From Mobula hypostoma (taxonomy: Eukaryota), in assembly GCF_963921235.1 (NCBI RefSeq), contig NC_086108.1, positions 49,044,001 to 49,108,000 of the forward strand: a stretch of DNA of 64,000 bases, read 5' to 3'. Below, piece by piece: positions 29,186-40,414 of this stretch. Made by a program: the position numbers and the translations under genes. Under the pieces are notes generated by a model. The model saw only the letters and a program-made list of their open reading frames with translations, had not been told where the DNA came from and did no database searches. How positions within the stretch are numbered: position 1 is the stretch's first letter; every line of letters begins with the position of its first letter.

Positions 29186-32100
29186 TAGAGAGCCCTGCTT
29201 GCAACCGATGGGGTAACGTCTTTTTGAACTTGCTCCTACCTTACCTATCTTATTGTTTCCTACCAGTTTTTTGAAACCTTACTATAAATCTCAGTATTGC
29301 TGTATTATGTCTTTGAGAAAGAATAAAGCCTCTGCAAAAGAAAAATAAGATGATTCTCCAACCACTTTGGAATCAATTGGAGATTTTCTTAAAATACAAA
29401 GAACAGAACTTTCTGACAAATTTCAACAGCTTAACATCAAGTGGGACACTATTCAACAAACTCTAATCGAACATGATAAGCAAATTAAGGAGAATAATGA
29501 AACTCTGTTGATACTGGAAGTGGACTTAGAAGACATGAGCAAGCTCTGCAAAAAATTATCATTATCTAATGAAAAATTAACAAAGAAGATTGCCAACCCG
29601 GAAAGCAGAAGCAGAAGGAACAATCTACGTATTCTGGGTCTTGAAGAATCAATTGAAGGTGCCCACCCCACGGAGTTTTTGCAAACTTTCTGAAGCAGCT
29701 ATTCCCTGATTTATTGCCATCTGTGCTTAAGTTGGACTGCGCCCACCGGTCACTGGCCCCAAAGCCAAAGTCGGGGGAGCGACCTCGGTCGGTTATTCTG
29801 TGTTTTCATGAATTTCATACTAAGGAGCTTTTAATCTGTCATACCCGTCGAGTAGCAATGATCAATTACAATGGGAAAATGATCAGATTTGTGGAAGATT
29901 ATACACTGGAGTTTATGGCTGAATGTGCCAAATATAAAGAGGTTATGTCGCTGCTTTATAACAAAGGGTTTAATCCCTCCCTTTGCTTCCCCGCACGTCT
30001 TAGGATCGTTCAGAAAAATGGTGTGCAGAAATGGCTGGAGTTGGTTGAAGGCGCACAGAAGTTTTTGAAAACAGAAGATTTTAATTGTGTTTTATCTCTT
30101 ACAAGAGCAATTATGCTTTTAATGTTGGATAGAATAAGGTTTTAGTAAACTTACGTTTTGACCGTTTATATATCTTGCTTTTGGATATTTTCTTTGATAT
30201 TTTTTATTACTTTACTCTTTTTTTCTGAGGTTTTTCTATACTTTTATTGAAATTGTTAAAATGAATCCTCTTATGTTTTGGATTTCTGATCTAAGTTTAT
30301 TTTGTCTGCTTTCTCCTGGTAGGAACATAATATCGTTGAATGACTGCCAGCAGGATTTCTTTGGGAGGGTTGCCTTTAGGGTTTAGCATGCCCTCTGTTC
30401 TGTGGCCAACTTTTTTTTGGCTTTGGGAGGTGAAGGGGGGTGGGGTTTCTTTTTCCTCTGGAAGCTGGGTTGGGCTACCATCCAAATTTTCTGTTTGAGT
30501 ACCTTATTTTACACTTCGTTCTCTGGTTCTAATAATTTATGTCAGATCTTTTAACTCTTCTGTTAATTAGTATTTAAAATGAATTGAAATATCAATTTAC
30601 TTAGTTTTAATATAAAAGGGTTAAATCATCCTGTGAAACGGAATAAGATTTTTGCTTATATTAAGAAGTTAAGGGCCCCCATTATTTTTCTACAAGAAAC
30701 GCATGTACATAGTTGTGACAACACACGCCTTTTTATTCGGTGGAGGGGTTTACAATTTCATTCTTCAGTTAGAGCAAAATCTTTAGGGGTCTTGATTTTT
30801 ATAGACAATACAATTTCTTTTGTTGAACATAAAGTTCTCTCTGACCCTAATGGGCGATTTGTCATAGTGTCAGGGAAAATAGATAATATATTAATTGTAT
30901 TTGCTAATGTGTACGCCCCCAATCTGGATGACCCAGGACTTTTTGAGCATTTCTTTTCATTCCTCCCAGATTTGAGTCTTTATTCTTTAGTGATAGGAGA
31001 TTTTAATTGTTGTCTAGACCCAGTACCAGATCGTTCTTCTCCTAAATCAGCCATATCTAATAAATCAGCTTTATTTATTCAATCCTATCTAATGAAATGT
31101 GATATTGTTGATGTCTGGCGTTTTTTTCACCCGGCAGAAAGGGAGTATTCATTCTTGTCTCATGTCCGTCATTCCTATACAGTACCAGGATTGATTTTTT
31201 TTTATTGATAGTCAAATGATTCCATTAGTTCGATCCATTGAATATAAAGAAATAGCTGTATCCGACCATTCTCCTGTATTTCTATCTTTAAATCTTCCTG
31301 GTTTCACTCATATGAATAGATCCTGGTGTTTTAATTTAACTTTGTTATCTGATAAGGACTTTCTAAAATTTCTGGGGAATCAAATTACTCTTCTTTTCTG
31401 AAAAAAATACGTTGGAAGAGACTTCTAGCCTCATCATTTGGGATGCTTTTAAGACATATATTAGAGGACAAATTATCTCCTATACTGCATATATTAAGAA
31501 AAAAGCTAATAAAGAGAGAACTGACTTAGTTAATCAATTAAAACAATTAGACCAGAAATATGCTTTGGCACCAGACCCTGAACTACACAAAAGACATTGA
31601 AATTAAAACTAAATATGATCTTCTTATAACGTATCCAATTGAAAGCCAATTTTAAAAGATAGAAGCCAATTCTATATAAATGGGGAAAAAACTGGTAAAC
31701 TATTGGCTAATCAATTGAAGATCTTTATAGCTAAATGGCAAATTAAAGAAATTCGTAAAACCAGTGGTGATTTGACAACTGAACATTTTGAAATAAATGA
31801 CACTTTAACAGAATTTTATTCCAAACTGTATAGTTCTGATTTTGTTGAAGATAATACTGCAATGAACAATTTTTTAGACCAATTAAATATTCCTGGACTT
31901 TCGGTTGATAATCGAAAGCAGTTGGATCAACCCATTTCTCAGGAGGGAAGCACTGAGGGTATTTTTTGGATTAAATTACTTCACTTATCTCCCTCTGCTC
32001 GGGTCCTTACTTACTTTCAGAATCCTAAACCAATTAAACTCCAACGTGGAACCAGACAAGGATGTCCGTTGAGCCCTTTGCTTTTTGATTTGGTATTAGA

Positions 32101-34611
32101 ACCTTTAGCAATTGCCTTTCGAGAGCCTAAAGATATCATCGGTATCTTAAGGAAAGGTACTATTCATAAAGTTTTGCTTTATGCTGATGACCTATTGCTT
32201 TTTATATCTAATGTTACAACTTCTTTACCCTCTACGTTTCTTTTACTGACTAATTTTAGTCCGTTTTCAGGATATAAATTGAATTTACATAAGAGTGAAT
32301 TGTTCTCTTTAAACAATTTGATACCATCCGATATTAACCTTCCTTTTAAAATTGTAAGAAAACAATTTACATATTTGGGTGTAACAATCACTAAGAATTA
32401 GTCATAGTCATACTTTATTCATCCCGGGGGAAATTGGTTTTCATTACAGTTGCACCATAAATAATAAATAGTAATAGAACCATAGATAGTTAAATAGTAA
32501 TATGTAAATTATGCCAGTAAATTATGAAATAAGTCCAGGACCAGCCTATTGGCTCAGGGTGTCTGACCCTCCAAGGAAGGAGTTGTAAAGTTTGACGGCC
32601 ACAGGCAGGAATGACTTCCTATGACGCTCTGTGCTGCATCTCGGTGGAATGAGTCTCTGGCTGAATGTACTCCTGTGCCCACCCAGTACATTATGTAGTG
32701 GATGGGAGACACTGACTAAGATGGCATGCAACTTAGACAGCATCTTCTTTTCAGACACCACTGTGACAGAGTCCAGTTCCATCCCCACAACATCACTATT
32801 CAAAGAATAGTTATAAAAATCTATTCAAAGAAAATGTTCTATCCTTAATGAATTATGTGAAAAAGACACTTTCTAATTGGTTGCCTCGCTCTTTATCATT
32901 GATTAGTCAAATTAATTCTATTAAAATGAATATTTTACCTAAATTTACATACCCTTTTCAAGCCGTACCTATTTTTATTTCTAAGTCTTTTTTTGATTCT
33001 TTAGATTCGATTCTTTCTTCCTATATATGGAAGAACAGAAAACCTCAATTAAATAAAGCCCACCTTCAAAAAAATTAAAAAGAATGGAGGCCTTGCTCTA
33101 CCCAGTTTTAGGTTATATTATTGGGTAATTAACATACGAAATGTCACGTTCTGGTTATATTATATTAATCATGAGGATTGTCCAATATGGGTCTTTTTGG
33201 AAGCCAACTCTGTTACGAAATTTTCTATTATTTCTCTTCTCGGCTCCTCTCTTCCTTTATCTTTAAGTAAATTAACTGACAGTTTGGTGGTTAAACATAC
33301 TTTGAGGATCTAGCTACAGTTTAAAAAACATTTCGGTTTATTGAGATTTTCTCTTTCTAGTCCTATATTTTCTAATTTTTTTTAAACCATCTACGACCGA
33401 TCTGATTTTTTAGAGAATGGGATAGATTAGGCATTAAACGATTTCAGAATCTGTTTGTTGGAGGGCTCGTTCTTCTTTTGAGCAACTCTCAGTGAAATAT
33501 AACTTATCAAATACCCACTTTTTTCGATATCTACAGATTAGAGATTTTTTAAGATCTAAACTACATATATTTCCTACCAGCCTGGAAAAGAACATAATAG
33601 ATGTAATTTTTAATTTGAAACCTTTTGATAAATGGCTCAATATCTTATATTTATGGTCTGTGGTTGGGACTGAAAATGGCTCCTTTAGACAAAATTTTAA
33701 AAGATTGGGGAAAGGATTTACAGATTTCATTATCTGATGAGACCTGGAGGGCTATTTTCAAAATGGTTAATTCTTCATCATTATATGCTTGTCATTCCCT
33801 CCTACAATTAAAGTGATACATAGGGGTCATATGTCTAAAAACATGCTCTCTTGATTTTTTGCAGATATATCTCCTTATTATGACAGATGTAATAATGGAG
33901 AGGCTTCATTAATTCATATGTTTTGGTCATGTTCGAGCCTTGAAAAATATTGTTAAGATGTATTCCAAACTTTTTCTGTACTTTTTGAAGTTAATTTTAA
34001 GCCCAATCCTTTGACTGCCTTATTTGGTATTGTTGAGGAAAGAGCTATAATTTTGGAGCCTTCTCATTTGCAGGTACTGGCTCTTATTTCTCTTATGGCT
34101 AGGAGGGCAATCTTGCTTAAATGGAAGGAGGTTGCCCCCCCCCCCACACATGCTCAATGGTTATACAATGTTATGTCATGTTTAAATTTAAAGAAGATTC
34201 GTTGTTCAATTTCTGATTCTAATCAAGATTTTCAAACGTTATGGGGACTTTTTCTGAACTATTTTGAAAATCTTTGAATTGTTATTGTTAGTAAAATATA
34301 GATCTGGGCTATTATTATAAAACACTATATGGTACTCTTTTTTTTTGTTTGTTATTTTTTACCAACCAGCTTTGTCTTGGTAGTGGGGGCAGATTTTTTA
34401 AATAATATAATTAACCATATTATTGTATTTCATAATTCAATTTATTTTATTTGACTGATCATGAATATGGAATACCATGATTATATCAGTGTGATTTATA
34501 TATAGTGCATTATGTGCTACCTTATTTTTTATTTATAATAAGAATCCTTATGAATTCTGTATTTAGGTATATGAAATTTAATAAATTTAATAAAAATATT
34601 GGAAAAAGAAA
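29186..34611 (+). mobile_element. Near full-length degraded L1-clade LINE (ORF1 plus ORF2) with 11-bp TSD
   Basis: ORF1 ESRSRRNNLRILGLEESIEG...AHRS...RPRSVIL...FPARLRI; ORF2 IIFLQETH, VSDHSP, RGTRQGCPLSPLLF, LYADD, CNNGEASLIHMFWSC. AATAAA plus A-rich tail. TSD GAAAATCTAGT at 29175-29185 and 34612-34622. Confidence 0.92.
32399..32797 (-). mobile_element. Short 5'-truncated Rex1/Babar copy inside L1 ORF2
   Basis: Near-identical to 43766-44165, including the (ATGACT)n tail; interrupts L1 ITKN|YKNLFKEN. Confidence 0.9.
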
Positions 34612-37544
34612 GAAAATCTAGTCAAGAAGAAAAGCTTACGGAAGGTTCAGAAAACCAGGTAATGATAGAAATGTAGAAGATTATAAGGCTAGCAGGAAGG
34701 AGCTTAAGAATGAAATTAGGAGAGCCATGGGAAGGCCTTGACGGGCATAAGGAAAACTCCAAGGCATTCTACAAGTATGTGTAGAGCAAGAGGACAAGAC
34801 GTGAGAGAATAGGACCAATCAGGTGTGACTTTGGAAAAGTGTGTATGAAAATGGAGGAGATAGCAGAGGTACTTAATGAATACTTTGCTTCAGTATTCAC
34901 TGTGGAAAAGTATCTTGGCGATTGTAGGGATGACTTACAGCAGATTGAAAAGCTTGAGCATATAGATATTAAGAAAGAGGATTTGTTGGAGCTCCTGGAA
35001 AGCATCAAGTTGGATAAGTCACTGGGACTGGATGAGATGTACTCCAGTCTACTGTGGGAGGTGAGGGAGGAGATTGCTGAGCCTCTGGCAATGATCTTTG
35101 CATCAATGGGGAGGGGAGAGGTTCCGGAGGATTGGAGAGTTGCGGATGTTGTTCCATTATTCAAGAAAAGGAGTAGAGATAGCCCAGGAAATTAAAGACC
35201 AGTGAGTCTTACTTCAGTGGTTGGTAAATTGATGGAGAAGATCCTGAGAGGCAGGATTGATGAACATTTGGAGAGGCATAATATGATAGGAATAGTCAAC
35301 ATAGCTTTATGAAAGGCAGGTCATGCCTTATGAGCCTGATTGAATGCTTTGAGGATGTGACTAAACACATTGATGAAGGTAGAGCAGTAGATCTAGTGTA
35401 TATGGATTTCAGCAAGGCATTTGATAAGGTACCCCATGCAAGGCTTATTAAGAAAGTAAGGAAGCATGGGATCCAAGGGGACACTGCTTTGTGGATCCAG
35501 AATTGGTTTGCCCACAGAAGACAAAGAGGGGTTGTAGACGGGTCATATTCTGCATGGAGTTCGGTGGCCAGAAGTGTGCCTCAGGGATCTGTTCTGGGAC
35601 CCCTTCTCTTCGTGATTTTTATAAATGACCTGGATGAGGAAGTGGAGGGAAGGGTTAGTAAATTTGCTGATGACACAAAGATTGGAGGTGTTGTAGATAG
35701 TGTAGAGGGCTGTGAGAGGTTACAATGGGACATCGATAGGATGCAAAACTGGGCTGAGAAGTGGCAGTTGGAGTTCAACCCAGATAAGTGTGAGGTGGTT
35801 CATTTTGGTAGGTCAAATATGATGGTAGAATATAGTATTAATGGTAAGACTCTTGGCAGTGTGAGTATCAGAGGGATCTTGGGGTCCGAGTCCATTGGAC
35901 ACTCAAAGCTGCTGCGCAGGTTGACTGTGTAGTTAAGTAGGCATACGGTGCATTAGGCTTCATCAACCATGGGATAGGACCCCACTTGGAGTACTGTGCT
36001 CAGCTCTGGTTGCCTCACTATAGGAAGGACGTGGAAACCATAGAAAGGGTGCAGAGAAGATTTACAAGGATGTTGCCTGGACTGGGGAGCATGCCTTATA
36101 AGAATAGGTTGAGTGAACTTGGCCTTTTTTCCTTGGAGCAACAGAGGAAGAGAGGTGATCTGATAGAGGTGTATAAGATGATGAGAGGCAATGAAGGTGT
36201 GGATAGTCAGAGGCTTTTTTCCCAGGGCTGAAATGGCTAAGAGAGGGCACAGTCTTAAGGTGCTTGGAAGTAGGTACAGAGGAGATCTTAGTGGTAAGTT
36301 TTTTTACGCAGAGGGTGGTGAGTGCGTGGAATGGGCTGCCAACAACAGTGGTGGAGGCAGATACGATAGGGTCTTTTAAGAGACTCCTGGATAGGTACAT
36401 AGAGCTTAGAAAAATAGAAGGCTATGGGTAACCCTAGGTAATTTCTAAAGTAAGTATATATTTGGCACAGCATTGTGGGCCAAAGGGCCTGTATTGTGCT
36501 GTATGTCTTCTATGTTTCTACATAATGTTGAGACTTTATAAAGCATTGGTGAGGCTCACGGAGTATTGTAAGCAGTTTTGGGCCCCTTATCTTAGAAAAG
36601 ATGTGTTGAACTGGAGAGTGTTCAAAGGAGGTTCCCAAAAGGGATTCCAGGATTAAATGGCTTGTTATATGAATTGCGTTTGATGGCTCTGGGCCTGTAT
36701 TCGCTAGAATTCAGAAGAACGAGGAGGAACCTTATTGAAACCTATCGAATAGTGAAAGGCCTTGATAGAGTGGATGCTTCCAATGCTGGGAGAGTCAAAG
36801 TCCAGGGGACACAGCCTCAGAATACAGGGGTGTCCTTTTTGAACAGTGATGAGGAGAAATCTTTCAGATAAATAGTGGTGAATCTGTGGAATTCTTTGCT
36901 ACAGGCAGCTGTGGAGGCCAAGTATTTATGTATATTTAAGGCAGAGGTTGATAGATTCTTGATTGGTCAGGGCATGAAGGGATACAGGGAGAAGGCAGGA
37001 GACTGGGGCCGAGAGGAAAATTGGATCAGCCATGAAGAAATGGCGGACAGACTCAATGGGCAAATGGCCTAATTTAACTCCTGTATCTTATGGTCTTATG
37101 GAGTGGGCAAATTATTTATGGGCCAAGAACGTACAGACAAAAATCAATAGGGTGCAAGAATGCCCAGGGACATCTGTTTGCATTAGTGCATTTGATGCAA
37201 TCATAGAGACTGTATCATGCATATAAACATGATTGAAATCCCAGTCCAGCATTCCCTTCCGTAGATGGATCAAATCTTCTTTTGAAGAAATCTACCTTCG
37301 TTTGAAATTCAATAATCAGGATTAAGTCTTTTTTAATTTCATGATGTTAATTGTTTTATCACAGCTCTCTTTACAATAGTGTGTTTCATGTATTTATTGA
37401 TATTATTAATTGGCACCATAGTAGAACTATTCACACATCAGCTGTTTAGAGATTCTGATAAAATAAACACTATTTAGATACCTTACCTAATATTTGGTTC
37501 AGCAACTGAATAATACTGAAAAAAGGAAATAAAATTAGAAGATA

Positions 37545-38771
37545 CTAGACAATGGGGTGACCCGTTGGGGCACCCTTTAAGAGAAGGGTAGTGCAGTCTG
37601 ATGTGACCAGAATGAACATTCATTTTTCCTGAATGCTATTGGTATTGCTTTGCTTTGGAAACTTAAGTAGAAAACCTCAGTTTATTAAAAAAGAACGACG
37701 CATCGCAAAGCAAATATAGCTCCTCCTCGTTTAATGTAGGACACGTTTGATGGCATCATTTCTGGTTTATCTGCCACCCTTGTGCCTCTCGTTGTTATTC
37801 TGGAGACGTGCAGTCCTTTCATCCCCCATCTGTTCATCTCCTCTGCTGTTTGTTCTTTGTCTCTGATCCTGGAGACGTGCATTTCTCAGCTCCTTTGTCT
37901 ATTCCTCTCTCCTCCTTCTGTACCTGTTTTTGTCATTCTGGATACCTGTAGCCCTTTCATCCCCGTCTTTTCATCTCTTCTGCTGTTTGTTGTTTGACTC
38001 TGATCCTGGAGATGTGCATGCCTCTCCTCCTCTGTCTCTTCTTCACTCATCTTTTTTTGTCCTGGCTCTTTGATCCTGGAGCCGTGCGGCCCTGGCCTCA
38101 TCCGATTCTTGTTCTCTCCCTCGTCTTGCCGCTTCCCGACGATGTTCTTAACCATAATGTCCCCCTTCCCTTTCCACGTGGCATAATTAGGCTGACCATT
38201 TTTTTACCCTAATGCTGGATAGAAGATACGAAGCAGTAACACCAAAGGATGCTGCTTATTCTTGATGATGTGGCTGGCACTCTCCTAAATGGATGTGATA
38301 TAGTCACCGCTGTCCTTTTACTGCAGCAAAGGGTTTAATGGGTGTCTCAAAGTACGTCAATACAATTAAGATTTAATTATCTCTTATTGATGGGTGGCAG
38401 TTAGATCTGTCCCAATCCTGCACATGCTGATGGTGATTAGCAGAATGCGACCCCTTGAAATAGAGCTGCCTTGCCCTTTTGCTCCTGTAGGTGTCGCTGC
38501 TGAGGCTGGCCGTGTGCATGCATCGGGCTGTTGCGTCCCGATTTCCATGATGGCGGATTGGCTCTCGGGTGAAAGTGAGCCTGTTGATTTTGGAAAATGA
38601 GCAATTTTATACGAATATATAACCCTGAACTTTGCCTGCATTCTATAAGTTAGTGCATTTTAATTCGATTTAGCCAAAAAAAAGTGCCGCTGTAATGCAC
38701 CGTTCGTGCTAATTGGAGGTCACAAACAGACAAACAGGCAGACAGAGCGTGAGAGTTTTAGTAGCTATAGA
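37545..38771 (-). mobile_element. Non-autonomous Helitron (1227 bp)
   Basis: Minus strand reads A|TCTATAGCTACTAAAACTC...GGGTGCCCCAACGGGTCACCC-CATTGT-CTAG|T: 5' TC, 3' CTAG, subterminal GC-rich hairpin (37555-37575), inserted between A and T with no TSD. Confidence 0.82.
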
Positions 38772-39229
38772 TAATAGCTCACTGGGTTTAATGACAGTCT
38801 GTAATTAAAACTCATGATCCAAACCTTCAAACCAGTTGGAAGAGGAACTGTCTCAATTTCTGAACATTCCAGTTGTTTTGCAATGTTGAAAAAAGATGCC
38901 ATTACAAAACTTCAAGCTTGCTAATTCAAAGGTATCAATTTGAGTTTTGTTGCAAGTTCTTAAATGCTTGTAGAACCTTAATAAGAGTGTAATTTTCCTT
39001 GTCTCTAACAGTGAAGTAATATATTCAAGGTTCAAGTAGAGACTTAATAGATCCTCAGGATTTTCACATACAACTGTAAAAATACTGATGAAGTATGTTT
39101 ATAACAGAAAGGTGGTATTTTTCACACAATAAGCAAACTAAATTGGAAAATGCATTGAGCAAAATATGGCAATGTGATCATAATCAGCATATGAACCACA
39201 GGATCAAGCTGTAGTATAAAGTGTAATGA

Positions 39230-40325
39230 ACTTGCCTAAATGCCAATCTATCACTTTCTTTCTTCAATTAATGGGGTTTCCATTCCTCTACCATTGATGC
39301 TGCCCTCACCCGCATCTCCTCCATTTCTTATACAGATGTGCTCACCCCATCTTCCCACCATTTTAAGTGATAGGGCTCCTCTTGTCCTTATTTACCACCC
39401 CATAAGCCTCCGCATCCAACACATCGTTCTCCACAACCTCTGCCATCACCAAAGGGATCCTACAACCAAACATATCCTTACCTGCCCCCTCTCTCTGCTT
39501 TTCTCAAGGATCACTCCTTTTGTGATTCCCTTGTCCAATCATACCTCCTTACTAATTTCCCTCCTGGCACTCATCCCTGCAAGCAGCCGAAGTGCTACAC
39601 CTGTCCCTTCACCTCCATTCAGGGCCCTAAATAATCCTGCCAGGTGAGGCATCACTTCACCTGCGAATCTGCTGGGGTCATCTATTGTGTCCAGTGCTCC
39701 TGATGTGGCCTCCTCTACAATGATGAGACCTGTCGTAAGTTGGGGGACCACTTCAACGAGCATCTCCGTTCCAGCTGCCAAAAGTGGAACTTCCCGGTGG
39801 TCAGCAATTTTCAATACGAATGACATTCCCATTCTGACATGTTGGTGCATGCCCTCCAATTGTGCCAAGATGAGGCCACCCTCGGGGTGGAGGAGCAACA
39901 CCTTATATTCCATTTGGGTAGCCTCCAACTTGATGGCATGAATATTGATTTCTCCTTCAGGTAAAAAAAACTTCCCTTCTCTCCCCTTCTATTCCCCACT
40001 TACCTCTTCTCACCTGCTTATCACCTCATCCTGGGTCCTCTTCTCCTTTGGTGATCTCTCCTCTCCTATTGGATTCCTTCTTCTCCAGTCTTTTCCCTTT
40101 CCTACTCACCTGGCTTCACCTATCGCATTCTTGTTATCTTTCTTCCCCTCCCCCACTTTTGAATTCTGGCATCCCTCCCCTTCCTTTCCAGTCCTGAAGA
40201 AGGGTCTTGGGCACAAAACGTTGACTGTTTATTCATTTCCATAGATGCTGCCTGGCATGCTGAGTTCCTCCAGCATTTTGTGCCTGTTGCGTTAGATTTC
40301 CAACACCTGCAGAATTTCTTGTGTT
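39230..40325 (+). mobile_element. Penelope-like element 3' portion (GIY-YIG remnant, 3' repeat with hammerhead motif)
   Basis: RAPLVLIYHPISLRIQHIV...HFTCESAGVIYCVQCS-CGLLY; C/T-rich tract; tail ATAGATGCTGCCTGGCATGCTGAGTTCCTCCAGCATTTTGTG. Confidence 0.85.
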
Positions 40326-40414
40326 TAGGTATCAATTTCCTTCATATTTTTGTTTACTGCGTAGGTCTACATGACTTAATTTTTACATTGGCATCATTAT
40401 TTTCCCTCTATATA

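Larger units (their letters stand above)
28858..36520 (+). mobile_element. 5'-truncated CR1 LINE (28858-29185 and 34612-36520) nested in CR1
   Basis: EHFGDSDHNSISF...EPWCTKAVENLV resumes after the L1. RT YMDFSKAFDKVPH...VPQGSVLGPLLF...KFADDTK; tail TATGTTTCTA. Confidence 0.85.
25290..37099 (+). mobile_element. Near full-length degraded CR1 LINE (25290-28857 and 36521-37099), outermost host of a nested stack
   Basis: ORF1 VKCSSCGIWE...YNCEKCIQLQLL, esterase, EN, RT (GVPQGSVLEPILF, KFADDMK). YKSKDVM at 28857 resumes as LRLYKALVR at ~36528. Confidence 0.85.

Noticed and set aside
37770..38100. CRISPR-like repeat-spacer array
   Set aside because: Eukaryotic context; the units are diverged along their whole length, with no identical repeats and unique spacers, and there are no cas genes.
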